From: an uncultured Gammaproteobacteria bacterium
GTDB lineage: Bacteria > Pseudomonadota > Gammaproteobacteria > Thiohalobacterales > Thiohalobacteraceae
Reading direction: 5' to 3'
DNA length: 64,000 nt
NCBI GenBank assembly: GCA_964458835.1
Contig: CAYWKV010000001.1
Location: forward strand, 19,130-83,129
The translations under genes and the position numbers were made by a program. The notes beneath the pieces were generated by a model. It did no database searches, had not been told where the DNA came from, and saw nothing but the letters and a program-made list of their open reading frames with translations. Every line of letters begins with the position of its first letter. Within the stretch, counting starts at the first letter, position 1. Below, in pieces: positions 1-9,368 of the stretch.

Positions 1-95
1 TTGCAGTCTCCACTACCAAGCCGTGGAGCGGGCATCGCAACCTGTGAACCTCGATCGACGGCATATTGCGGCGATCAGTCTCCAAACCCGTGGGC

Positions 96-1184
96 TTACA
101 GAAAATAGTGACAACTATCCTGCCGCGCGGGGTGATTGATGGCCTTCAAGTTCTTCGCCGCCTCGCGTACCGCCAATAACAGCGTCTTCAACGCCACGTC
201 GTCGTTTGGAAAATCGTGCCAGGTGCTGGCGTATTTGCGCATCACCATATTCAAAGACTTGATCGCGTTGGTGGTGTAGATCACCTCGCGGATTTCTGGA
301 AGGAACTGGAAGAACGGAATGATATTGACCCAGTGACCGCGCCACAGCCGCGCCACCGCGTTGTATTGCGCCCCCCAGGCCGACTCGAACGCCTCCAACT
401 CCCGCGCCGCGTCCTCGGCCGTGGCCGACTGGTAGATGCACTTCAAGGCCGCCACCACCGCCTTGCTGTCATTCGACGTCACATTACGCAGGCTGGCACG
501 CACCAGGTGTACCATGCAGAGCTGCGTCAGCGTCTTGGGGTACACGGCATTAACCGCCTCCACCGCCCCCTTCAAGCCGTCCATGCAGGCCACGTAGATA
601 TCCTGCACGCCGCGTTGGCACAGTTCGGTCAGCACCGCCAACCAGGGTTTGACGTCATCGTGCTCAGCCAACCACAGCCCCAGCACCTCCTTCTCGCCGC
701 GCAGGTTCACCCCCAACACCACATGCGCCGACTGATTCACCACCTGTTTGTCGTGGCGCACCTTGATGACAATCCCGCCCAACCACACAATCGGGTAGAC
801 TGCGGCCAGCGGCCGCGTCTTCCACGCCAGCGCCTCGTCCAGACCCGCGTCGGTGATATCGCAGATCAACGCCTGCGAGATCGTCACCCCGTACAGATCC
901 TGCAACGCCGACTCGATATCACGTGTGTACAGCCCCTTGGCATGCAGCATCAGGATCTTCTCCTCCATCTCCGCCAGGCGGACGTGCCGCTTATTTACAA
1001 GATGTGGATCACTCCCTTCGCAGTCGCGTGGTGTCTTAACCGAATGTTGTCCTACCACTCTCTGCACGGTCTTGCAGCCTTTGCCATTGCGCTGGGCACG
1101 GTTCTCCTTGCCGTATCGCTCACTCATACCTCTGCTCCCGTGGCAACAGCCACAACGTCCACCGATGTCAGTGATCGTGCCCAT
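96..1184 (-). pseudogene. IS256-family (Mutator-type) transposase remnant, 5'-truncated, with DDE residues substituted
   Basis: The 362-aa ORF carries family motifs (TPRDxEGxxxPxLVxK, ACMDGLKG, LCMVHLVRAS, YTTNAIKSLN). Only 48 nt lie between its 5' end and the next gene, so the usual N-terminal ~50 aa are missing. The first catalytic Asp position reads WLGGI (normally LDA/LDG). The TTNxIES glutamate reads Lys. Confidence 0.8.
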
Positions 1185-1232
1185 GATTTTGTGAACGATG
1201 CCTAGCGGAGGTAGCCCGAGTCTTCACTGACA

Positions 1233-1703
1233 TCATCCGTTGCCTGAAAACCTGGGGCGTTCTACCCGGCCTGACAAAGCAGACAGCGCCTGCTTCACCC
1301 GATCGATATACCGGGCGCGATTCGCTTGTGCCGCCGCAGTATCCTTCTGGCCGGCGTTATAGGCCCCAACTGCTTCCCAGCTCGGTCCGTAATGCGCGAC
1401 ATTCTGGACCAATACCCAAGCCCCTACGAACGTGCTCACACAGGCATCCCAAAGGTCGGTCTCGCTGATACCCATTCGGGATAATTTTGGCAGCCACAGC
1501 TCATTGATCTGCATCAGCCCAATATCGCGACTCCCATCACGGTTGACGTTCACCGCGCCTGGATCCAGATTGCTTTCCACCGTGGCGATCGCGCGCAAGA
1601 GGTCCGGTGAGACACCGTAGTAGTCGCCCGCTTGCTCAAAGCACATCGCTGAGACGACACCGGTCATTGCCAGATAAACCGTCACTAACCATACCAAGCG
1701 CAT
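1233..1703 (-). CDS. SLT-domain lytic transglycosylase (T4SS-associated)
   Basis: N-terminal signal peptide. Catalytic motif TVESNLDP...DIGLMQINELW is typical of family-1 lytic transglycosylases. Confidence 0.9.
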   Translation of the reverse strand: MRLVWLVTVYLAMTGVVSAMCFEQAGDYYGVSPDLLRAIATVESNLDPGAVNVNRDGSRDIGLMQINELWLPKLSRMGISETDLWDACVSTFVGAWVLVQNVAHYGPSWEAVGAYNAGQKDTAAAQANRARYIDRVKQALSALSGRVERPRFSGNG

Positions 1704-1708
1704 TGTCG

Positions 1709-1972
1709 CTATTTCCGAATGACGATGGTGACGCGTGTATCACCGCCGGTGACTTCGTCGACGTCGACCGTGTCGATGGCCCACCCCTGTGATTGGAGCT
1801 GATTCAGCTTTTCGTTGATGTTGGCAGCCAACGTCGGCGGGTGCCTCAGGGAATAAAACACCACAACCTGGACCTCGCCGCTCTGGCTTACTGGCGCCTC
1901 CAGCGCAAATCCTTGGCTTGCGAGCAATAGAATCGCTGCACCGATAAACCCCTTACACCAGCGATTCTGCAT
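1709..1972 (-). CDS. small exported hypothetical protein
   Basis: Signal-peptide-like FIGAAILLLASQGFA-LEAP. Start moved to the internal Met to reduce overlap with the upstream gene. No recognisable domain. Confidence 0.35.
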   Translation of the reverse strand: MQNRWCKGFIGAAILLLASQGFALEAPVSQSGEVQVVVFYSLRHPPTLAANINEKLNQLQSQGWAIDTVDVDEVTGGDTRVTIVIRK

Positions 1973-2744
1973 CGCCTGTCTCCTCCTCAGCAGTGTCGTC
2001 ATCGCCCTGGGCGTCCGTCGTGGCGCCCTCGTTCATCAGGTTCACCAGGGCACGCTGCTTGTGACTCTTACGCTTGAGCGCGCTGCGCACGCGGTTGGCT
2101 TCCCCGTCCACACGGTTGGCCAATCGCGTCATGATGGACTTCCATTCCTTGCGCTGCTTCTTCAGCTCATCCCGCTTGATACTGCCGGTCAGATGGAGGA
2201 GTTCGACCTTGATGAGCAAATTGTCGGCTTTCCGAAGAAGTGAAATGTATTCACCCACGCGAGGGGTCGTCTGACGCATCGTGAAAGCACGGGGTCGCGT
2301 GTATTTCGGCCACGCATCGATCCCAAGGCGCTCGATGAGCAGGTCCGCTGAGCGTTGCTCCTCGATCACGCGCTTCTCGACCGCCGAGAACATCGCGTCC
2401 AACTTGATTTGCATGATGTCCACCACGTCGTCCCAATCACGGGCGAGCGGCAACCCTTCCACCAGATAGGCATTCTGTGGCAGCCGACCAATGTTCCGGT
2501 TCAGTGCCTCCATGAGCACATCGTTGTAAAGTTCGAAACCAACCTCGAGGTAGGGGACGTTATCCCAGAACTCGAGTTCATCGGAACGGTTGCGCTTTAC
2601 CGGCTTGGTTGGAGACGGGCTGGGTTGCGACTCGGTGGCCGCCTGTCCGCGATCTACAGGAACCTCAATCGTCTGCTTCTGTGGCCCAATCCCCGGCGCG
2701 ATTTCAGTATGAGTCGCCGGCGCTGCCGCTTCTCTCTTAGCCAT
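1953..2744 (-). CDS. hypothetical conjugative-element protein with basic helical C-terminus
   Basis: 263-aa ORF in an operon with the SLT and S49 peptidase genes. Coding-like composition. I cannot assign a family from sequence alone. Confidence 0.5.
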   Translation of the reverse strand: MAKREAAAPATHTEIAPGIGPQKQTIEVPVDRGQAATESQPSPSPTKPVKRNRSDELEFWDNVPYLEVGFELYNDVLMEALNRNIGRLPQNAYLVEGLPLARDWDDVVDIMQIKLDAMFSAVEKRVIEEQRSADLLIERLGIDAWPKYTRPRAFTMRQTTPRVGEYISLLRKADNLLIKVELLHLTGSIKRDELKKQRKEWKSIMTRLANRVDGEANRVRSALKRKSHKQRALVNLMNEGATTDAQGDDDTAEEETGDAESLV

Positions 2745-2809
2745 GAACTTCCCTCACGTTCAACTGCCGGACACGGTCGCCCGTCCGGCCCGGGCGGCGC
2801 TGCCTGTAC

Positions 2810-3874
2810 TTAAAACCCAAGCATGAATACCGGGCCCTGATGCGCTGAAACGCCAATATCCATGGCAATCTGCGATACCGCAGTCTGTAGGCGTGCGAAG
2901 AGAGGTGTCACTGGCGTGTAGTCACGCACGACTTTGGCCTTGAAGTACTTCTCGACCACTTCCGTCGGTGCCGCGATACCGTCCGCGAGACCTAACGCCA
3001 CGGCTTCGTTACCGGTCCAGAAGTCGCCCGAGAACAGGGCCTTCTCATCGCCCTTAAGACGATCGCCGCGACCTGCCTTCACAGCGGAAATGAAGTTGCT
3101 GTGGAGTCCCGACAGGACCGTGGTGATCTTGTTGCGGTCTTCATCGGTCACCGGCATGAAATCGTCGATCCGCACTTTATGCTCGCCGGCGGTAAAGATG
3201 CGACGCTCGACACCCAGCTTGCGAGCGACGTCCACAAGGCCATAGCTCTCCATCTTGACGCCGATGGAACCCACGATGCTGTTCTCATTGACGTAGAACT
3301 CCTTGGCCGCGGCAGCAATGTAGTACGCACCCGATGCGGCTAGATCCTCAGCCACGGCAATGACCCGTTTCTTGGGGTACTGCTCTTGCAGAGAACGGAG
3401 CTCCTTGTAGATCAGGTCCGCCTGAGTCGGTGTGCCACCCGGTGAATTGATCAGTACCATCACGCCCTTGGCCTTCTCATCGGCGAAGGCATCATCCAGC
3501 GCCTCACTGATGGCGATTGCATTGGCCGGTTTCTCGGGTGCAATCATTCCTGAAATCTTGACCATGGCCACGTATTCTTCTGTCGGCACAGCCAGGGATC
3601 CGAATCCACTCAGCTTGGCAAATCCCAGCAGATTGACGATGGCCAACAGGGTGAAGCTGATCGCCACGGCGCCCCAGCGCACGTTCTTCCAGAACGTCTC
3701 GCTGCGCTGCTGCTTGAGCATGGAGTCCTGATGCCGAAGCATCAGATTGACCATCTTTCTCAGGACGGTGGTTTCGTTCTCTTTGCGACGCTCGACCGGC
3801 AGGCCATGGTGGTCCGCGGGCCGCGCATCCTGCGTCATTCGTTGCGTCCGTCCGTTATCGTCGTTTTGATGCAT
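2810..3874 (-). CDS. S49-family signal peptide peptidase (SppA-like)
   Basis: One TM segment, then VLINSPGGTP and AEDLAASGAYYIAAAA...SIVGSIGV, matching S49 peptidase signatures. The start codon is uncertain because several in-frame Met exist. Confidence 0.8.
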   Translation of the reverse strand: MHQNDDNGRTQRMTQDARPADHHGLPVERRKENETTVLRKMVNLMLRHQDSMLKQQRSETFWKNVRWGAVAISFTLLAIVNLLGFAKLSGFGSLAVPTEEYVAMVKISGMIAPEKPANAIAISEALDDAFADEKAKGVMVLINSPGGTPTQADLIYKELRSLQEQYPKKRVIAVAEDLAASGAYYIAAAAKEFYVNENSIVGSIGVKMESYGLVDVARKLGVERRIFTAGEHKVRIDDFMPVTDEDRNKITTVLSGLHSNFISAVKAGRGDRLKGDEKALFSGDFWTGNEAVALGLADGIAAPTEVVEKYFKAKVVRDYTPVTPLFARLQTAVSQIAMDIGVSAHQGPVFMLGF

Positions 3875-3892
3875 GGATACTCCCTCGGTGTA

Positions 3893-4027
3893 TTAGGTCA
3901 ACACGAACCACGCACCCGCCAGCGTGGCGACTGAAAGTACTACCAAGGCGCGCATGCGACGCCGTTTCTGAATGCGGTCCCAGGAGCCGATCGCCGAGGT
4001 GAGCTGAGCAGCCAGATCGTCAAACAT
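3893..4027 (-). CDS. 44-aa small membrane protein (not in ORF track, <60 aa)
   Basis: ATG preceded by AAGGGGAG at about 7 nt. Translation is MFDDLAAQLTSAIGSWDRIQKRRRMRALVVLSVATLAGAWFVLT, with one C-terminal TM helix. It sits directly upstream of the SppA-like gene. Confidence 0.4.
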   Translation of the reverse strand: MFDDLAAQLTSAIGSWDRIQKRRRMRALVVLSVATLAGAWFVLT

Positions 4028-4376
4028 TGCGGTCTCCCCTTCTGGTACGTGGTGCGCTCATGGTGGGCTGGGCTGTGGTCCCAAAAAAACGTTCCAGGGG
4101 ACCGAATTTGGCTACGTGGGATGTTTTTTTGGGCACCGCTGGATCCCTATCCTGTGCCCCATTGAGTTTTTCACCCGCCTGGAGGGGCAAATATCCAGGC
4201 GCCCAGCCGGCAGAGGTCTCGGGAGAGTCCTCCCGAGGCACCAGAAGGTGTCTTTGTGGTGGCGAATAACACCGGCTGTGGCACAGCGCCGCATGTCCTC
4301 ACAAACGGACGGATTTACCCTCCAGAGCGCGGGTGTCACCGGCTGGCCCACGCTAAGGGCCTACATCAAGGGGCAC

Positions 4377-5252
4377 ATGGGAACATCGATCACTGTCATC
4401 GCCGCACCGAAGGAGCGTGATGCTGCCCTGATCCAGTCGCTGCTGGATTTGGCACGGGTCATGACCATCGACAACGCATACGTCTGTACCGTGGCCCAGC
4501 ATGTCGCGCACTATAGAGAACGCCTGTCACAGCTGCAGTGTCGCGTCATACCTCCTGTTCAGGACACCCGCCATGGCGTGCTGATTCAGTTCGCAATGAC
4601 GGTGTTCGATGCCTGTAGCGATCTTCATCCTGGCTCGACGGTTGTGTTGGTCTCTCCCCATCCAAGTCTCGGTATCATCGGGGACTGGCTTCTTTGTCAC
4701 TCCAAACAAACACAGGTGCATGCTGTTCGGGCACTGACTCCCTCTACACTGAGTGTCATCTACGGCAATCTGTCGCTCCCGGACCTGGACGCCATCGCAA
4801 TTGACCTGGCAATGTCGCTCACCGCGTCACGACCACGGATTCGGGCCTGTAACTGGTCTGATCTGCTCATAGAACGTTTACCCACTCTTCAGGATCGAAC
4901 ACGGCGGCAGGCCTTGCTTGGTACAGGTCGATTCTTGACGTATGCGCGCATGCTGGGACTCACAGTAGATGGCGAAGATCTACTTGCCATGCCGCAGCGG
5001 CCACATGGGCGTCCTACTGGCGAGGCTCTGATAGCCCTGTTTCACTCGCTCCAGTCCCGTAACCGGCCTGTTCTCCTGTTGGTCTGGACGCGTACTGTCC
5101 TTGAAACCTACCCGGGCCTACAACACCCAGGCGTCCGTTCGTTGCTCTTTGGCGACGAGCGCTTCAAGAAAATTGCTCAGATCATCGGGCTTCGGGTTTC
5201 CGGTAACCGTATCTACGGTCTGACTGGACCCTGTACGTCGGCATTTGGATAG
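4377..5252 (+). CDS. hypothetical protein with degenerate NYN/LabA-like N-domain and two OST-HTH/LOTUS-like C-terminal repeats (tentative)
   Basis: The layout resembles NYN (ITVIAAPKE..., VVLVSPHPSLG in place of vvlvSgDsDF), but the acidic catalytic positions are substituted. I chose the ATG at 4377 because of the AAGGGG SD. The 4116-4376 extension does not look coding. Confidence 0.4.
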   Translation: MGTSITVIAAPKERDAALIQSLLDLARVMTIDNAYVCTVAQHVAHYRERLSQLQCRVIPPVQDTRHGVLIQFAMTVFDACSDLHPGSTVVLVSPHPSLGIIGDWLLCHSKQTQVHAVRALTPSTLSVIYGNLSLPDLDAIAIDLAMSLTASRPRIRACNWSDLLIERLPTLQDRTRRQALLGTGRFLTYARMLGLTVDGEDLLAMPQRPHGRPTGEALIALFHSLQSRNRPVLLLVWTRTVLETYPGLQHPGVRSLLFGDERFKKIAQIIGLRVSGNRIYGLTGPCTSAFG

Positions 5253-5260
5253 GAGGTTCT

Positions 5261-5626
5261 GTGGAACTATCGACGACTCACGTCCTACCGGGTTTTCGTC
5301 CCCATGCCACGCTGGGAATCGTCGCCGGCGAGGCCATCGTCACAACGGATGTCATCAAAGACACCTTCGCCAACCTCAAGAATCTATTCGGTGGGCGTGT
5401 CGGGGCCTATGAGCGGTGCTTCCGTAAGGCACGTGAAGACGCGATGGAGGCGCTGATCAAGCATGCCCGCGAGCTGGGAGCGCAAGGTGTGATTGGGATC
5501 AGCCTTGACTACGAGACGATCAGTCATAACAAGGGCGGCTTCCTGATCGTCGTCGCCACCGGCACGGCCGTGCTGGCAACAGCCGTAAAAGAAACGTCCC
5601 TGCCCTTCAACGAGCGCCCTATTTAG
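5261..5626 (+). CDS. YbjQ/UPF0145 (DUF74) family protein
   Basis: GTG start after TAGGAGG. Sequence ...GIVAGEAIVTTDVIKD...GGRVGAYE...AREDAMEALIKHARELGAQGVIGISLDYE... is typical of YbjQ-like proteins. Confidence 0.8.
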   Translation: MELSTTHVLPGFRPHATLGIVAGEAIVTTDVIKDTFANLKNLFGGRVGAYERCFRKAREDAMEALIKHARELGAQGVIGISLDYETISHNKGGFLIVVATGTAVLATAVKETSLPFNERPI

Positions 5627-5696
5627 CGCAGGCCTTGCATTTTGGACGCGGGCGTTATGCTGCTATCGATCCAGAAGAAAAGGAGTACGAGCTCGG

Positions 5697-6155
5697 ATGT
5701 CCATACTACTTCGCACATCTACAATCCTGTTACTGGGTGCATTGGCAATTGGGTGCGCAACACACCCTGACGACATCGCCGCGAAATCCAGGCCAGCAAA
5801 CACGCAGGACTACTCGCAGCTTGACTGCCAGGCACTGCACTTGCGGATTCAAGCGGTCGACCAGCAGTTGTCTGACATGTACCGTGAGCTTGCCTCGCAG
5901 GCCAACATCGATGCCCTCCAGCTGGCGGCCAGCGCGATCATTCCCGTCACACGTATCTTTCTGGATGGCACGCTGGGCCACAAAGTAGATGAGGAAGGAT
6001 TTGCCCGCCTCAAGGGGCGCGCGATCGCATTGCGCCGTACCGCAGCAGAGAAAGGATGTGATGGTGCCGCCCAGTACCAACGTGAAATCGCCGAGATAGA
6101 AAACGGCAAGTCACAGTTCAATCCACAATCCCGCGAGGCCAAGCCCAATGATTAG
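5697..6155 (+). CDS. lipoprotein, unknown function
   Basis: Lipobox LGALAIGC after a signal sequence. Helical, charged mature part. Confidence 0.6.
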   Translation: MSILLRTSTILLLGALAIGCATHPDDIAAKSRPANTQDYSQLDCQALHLRIQAVDQQLSDMYRELASQANIDALQLAASAIIPVTRIFLDGTLGHKVDEEGFARLKGRAIALRRTAAEKGCDGAAQYQREIAEIENGKSQFNPQSREAKPND

Positions 6156-6711
6156 TGTAAATCACAGTCGTACCGTCAATAGCGTCCTCCTGTCTGCTAC
6201 GTTGGCGTTCTCCTTCCTGCTGAGTGGCTGCGCCAGTGCACCTCGTAAAACCGAGTTCGTCTCGATGGACGATTTTTCCAGTACAGCAACGGCCAGCTCT
6301 GTGTCGGCCGGCACCGTCCGCATTGGTGGATCCGCTTATGACGTGGCTACTGTGCGTGGTCGTGACACATGTCCGCTGGTCGGACTTCAGGCCCGAGACG
6401 ATCGCCGCATCGAGCATTTCCGCCTATGTCCGGGCGGAGCTGAGAAGGTCGACATTACGGTGAATCAGTACCCGGCAACCCCAGAGGCGACAGTCGCATT
6501 GGAACGCATTATGGACGAGGTGCTCACGCGCACCATGGATGTTCATGGCATGCAGTGGAGCCAGTATTACCTCTTCGCCCGACGCCTGGATTTCAAGAAG
6601 GATGCCAACGGGTGTGCAAAGGTAAAGGTGCAGATATTCGAACGTAAGGACCCCGCCTCATCCCAGAATGACGCCCTGGTGGATGTTCGCGAGGAGTCGC
6701 GTTGCCTTTAA
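6148..6711 (+). CDS. lipoprotein, unknown function
   Basis: Its start overlaps the stop of the upstream gene. Lipobox FLLSGCAS. Confidence 0.6.
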   Translation: MISVNHSRTVNSVLLSATLAFSFLLSGCASAPRKTEFVSMDDFSSTATASSVSAGTVRIGGSAYDVATVRGRDTCPLVGLQARDDRRIEHFRLCPGGAEKVDITVNQYPATPEATVALERIMDEVLTRTMDVHGMQWSQYYLFARRLDFKKDANGCAKVKVQIFERKDPASSQNDALVDVREESRCL

Positions 6712-6728
6712 CCAGACCTTGAGGCCCA

Positions 6729-7538
6729 GTGGAGGGGCGCACAGTGATACCCCGAATCAGGCTCCCAGCGACGGCACGCGCGATGGTGCGAGTTATCACG
6801 TTATGTGAAATGACGGACATTTCGCCATCACAGCTTGCTATGGCGGTTCAGGGAGACCCTGGCTGTGTGGTTTCGCTGCTCGCCGCGTCTGGTTATCCAC
6901 GCCGATATGATCGTACGGATTACTCCGTACGATCATCCATAGAACGTCTAGGCGTCGGACGTGCGCTCCACACCTGCTTGACCAGTGACATCCTGCAAAG
7001 AGACATGGTCGGCAATGGCGACTGTATACGCCACTGGCGTTGCGCCTTACTCACGGCAGCCTACGCTCGCGCCGTGGCGACACGATTGCGCCGTACGGAT
7101 GTTGAAATCATCCAGACAGCAGCCGTACTCCGGAACGTACGTGAGTTGCTCACAGCGTGCCGATGTGTCCCGTATAACGACACAGGGGCTCATGGCATCG
7201 ATTGGCTACATACACTGGGTATTTCAAGTGCCATTTGTGACCTGATACACCGGAGCCTGACGACAACCGGTGATGAGGCGGCTGATTGCCTGACCCTAGG
7301 TTCGCGGATGGCGGAGGTCTGGCTATCTCGAGATTGGGAACGGTCGCTTACGGAAACCAGGGCCATAGCCCAGGATCTCTTCGGTGCCATCCCCGATTTA
7401 TGCGCATGGGTATTTGGTATTTCCGGACCACAGGCTCGTGATCTGGAGGATTTATTGAAATTGCGGTTCCCCTCCAGAAAACAGGCCGACGCATTACGTC
7501 TGAAGGCCCAGTTCATCGTTGCACGCTTAACCTTGTGA
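6729..7538 (+). CDS. HDOD-like domain protein (divergent)
   Basis: DISPSQLAMAVQGDPGCVVSLLAAS...VRSSIERLGVGRAL...WRCALLTAAYARAVA parallels the clear HDOD protein at 62650-63594 segment by segment. Confidence 0.45.
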   Translation: MEGRTVIPRIRLPATARAMVRVITLCEMTDISPSQLAMAVQGDPGCVVSLLAASGYPRRYDRTDYSVRSSIERLGVGRALHTCLTSDILQRDMVGNGDCIRHWRCALLTAAYARAVATRLRRTDVEIIQTAAVLRNVRELLTACRCVPYNDTGAHGIDWLHTLGISSAICDLIHRSLTTTGDEAADCLTLGSRMAEVWLSRDWERSLTETRAIAQDLFGAIPDLCAWVFGISGPQARDLEDLLKLRFPSRKQADALRLKAQFIVARLTL

Positions 7539-7642
7539 TACCTCCCCGGAACAAGCTCTGAGGCCCTTCGGCTCCAGTTGCTCAATCATCAACAAACCAT
7601 CGGAGTCCGCCCGTGACTGAGTCTCTGCTGTTTCATTCAGCA

Positions 7643-8005
7643 TCAACTCAGTTCGCTTGCAGTTCGCGCATCGCCGCAGGCCGTGGCACGGACGGTATGC
7701 ACCGCCGGCGCCACAGGATCTTTCCCGCTCCACGCGCTTTGGGCGTCATGCCCGCTTCCGGCGCTACTCGCCGTAGCTAAACTCAAAATATTCCGCGCCG
7801 CGTTGATGTCGCGGTCGTGGTCCGTTCCGCAGGCCGGACAGATCCAGCGACGGGTGCTCAGCGTCAGCGCATCCAGAACGTGGCCGCAGACGCTGCAGGT
7901 TTTGCTGGTCGGCGTGTACCGGCCCGCGAACAGCACCTGTTTTCCGTACCAAGCAGCCTTGTACTCGATCTTCTGGCGCAGCTCGCCGAGCGACGCGCGC
8001 GGCGT
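7643..8005 (-). pseudogene. TnpB (IS200/IS605 OrfB) C-terminal fragment
   Basis: The frame reads LGELRQKIEYKAAWYGKQVLFAGRYTPTSKTCSVCGHVLDALTLSTRRWICPACGTDHDRDINAARNI, which is the RuvC-III and zinc-ribbon end of TnpB. An in-frame TAG at 8006-8008 and the lack of any upstream TnpB sequence show only about 120 of about 400 aa remain. Confidence 0.75.
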
Positions 8006-8117
8006 CTATGCCCTCGAGGACGACTCTTAGGTTGGTTGGTTCAGCCAAAATGACTACCCGTTACACCGGCCAGCATATCCGAAACTCCAGGGACGTAGCT
8101 GAGTGCACCGCTGTACG

Positions 8118-9368
8118 TCAGACGCTGCTCATTTCGGGTACCCGCAACCCCGAACGACGATTTCTCAGTAATGCTTGTACCATGATCTCCATGCGCCGCA
8201 TGTTGAGAACTTGGCGATCCGGATCCAGACGGTAGTGCCCACAGATCGACACTTCATTCTTCCATCCCAGAATCGATAACCGCACCGTCGACGCCGCCTT
8301 CTCCACCGGGAATGCGTGCTCATCCAGCCAGCGCCCTCCAAACAATCGGCGTACATCGTCGAACTCAAAGACGAGCGGGTCATCTGCTTCTGTGAAGCCA
8401 TTGCTGCAGTCAGCCACCATTCTTTCAAATTCCGCCCCGTGGAGTGGGAACACACAGTGGCACTCGGCCGCCGCTGGCCGTCCACCCGCTGAGGGCGTCA
8501 GTGTCGAGTGCTGACAGCCCTGACAGCCTTGTGGAACGACAATCATGTCCCCGAGCAGATCATCCCAAGTATCCTCGGAACAATCATCAAGGTGCTTGGC
8601 CCCTATCACCTGCTCCTCTTCATCGGGCTCAAGGATCCCTTCTTGCAGGTAGAGTGGGACGTTGACGGCTATAGCGGCGCCCGAAGGCTTAGCCGGTCCC
8701 GTGATCGACGCGGCCTGCTCCGCAAACGCGAGCGGACATTGGTCCATGACGTCCTGTATCCAATATGTCTCCGTCACCGGGTCCAACGCGGCTGTGTCAT
8801 CCCAGCACCGGAGTTGATTCAGCAATCCCGCACGTGGGTCCGAGACCTCCTCCAACCGGTGCACAAGGTATTCGGCCAACACAGTTGGATGCGTGGCCAC
8901 CTGCGCGCCACAACACGGACAAGGGGGCGAAAGGAATCCCTTGAAGTGTGGCACTGGCTCTCGGCAGAAGTGGCACACAAGCCCATCGTTGTCCTTTCCC
9001 AAGCCGAATGCCGTGATGAGCAGGTCGACCGGCCGACCACTGAATCTCCTCGTACCGTAGTTCGTCACATACTCGACACGTAAGCATATCTGGGGATCGC
9101 CGTCCATCTCGTCCTGGCACACATCGAAGTCGTGCTCAACCGAGACCTCGTCCCGATCAAACTCCACGGTTCGGACCTCCTCAACGCCAGGTAACGTGAT
9201 GAGGGTATCGTGTACCAGAGACAGTAACCTCCGCCCGGCGAACGTTGCGCCGGGCTCAAAGGGCGGTTTCTTCGCTGCCTCGTAGCACATGGACGCAAGT
9301 TCATGCGCCACGGTCAGGACGGACATGTCGGGCGCTTCACGGCTCATCTCAGACAATGATGTCATCAC
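8118..9368 (-). CDS. acidic Cys-rich hypothetical protein, coupled to the recombinase
   Basis: 416-aa ORF whose ATG overlaps the stop of the upstream recombinase gene (ATGA). Contains CHFC...PPCPCC and CQGC clusters. No domain recognised. Confidence 0.55.
   Translation of the reverse strand: MMTSLSEMSREAPDMSVLTVAHELASMCYEAAKKPPFEPGATFAGRRLLSLVHDTLITLPGVEEVRTVEFDRDEVSVEHDFDVCQDEMDGDPQICLRVEYVTNYGTRRFSGRPVDLLITAFGLGKDNDGLVCHFCREPVPHFKGFLSPPCPCCGAQVATHPTVLAEYLVHRLEEVSDPRAGLLNQLRCWDDTAALDPVTETYWIQDVMDQCPLAFAEQAASITGPAKPSGAAIAVNVPLYLQEGILEPDEEEQVIGAKHLDDCSEDTWDDLLGDMIVVPQGCQGCQHSTLTPSAGGRPAAAECHCVFPLHGAEFERMVADCSNGFTEADDPLVFEFDDVRRLFGGRWLDEHAFPVEKAASTVRLSILGWKNEVSICGHYRLDPDRQVLNMRRMEIMVQALLRNRRSGLRVPEMSSV

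Noticed and set aside
216-1205. 329-aa plus-strand ORF antisense to the IS256-type transposase
   Set aside because: This is a shadow ORF typical of high-GC DNA. The opposite frame carries clear transposase motifs, and this one is Arg/His/Pro/Leu-rich with no motif.
4116-4376. N-terminal extension of the 378-aa track ORF
   Set aside because: The extension crosses the divergent promoter and inverted-repeat region and looks non-coding. The ATG at 4377 has an SD.
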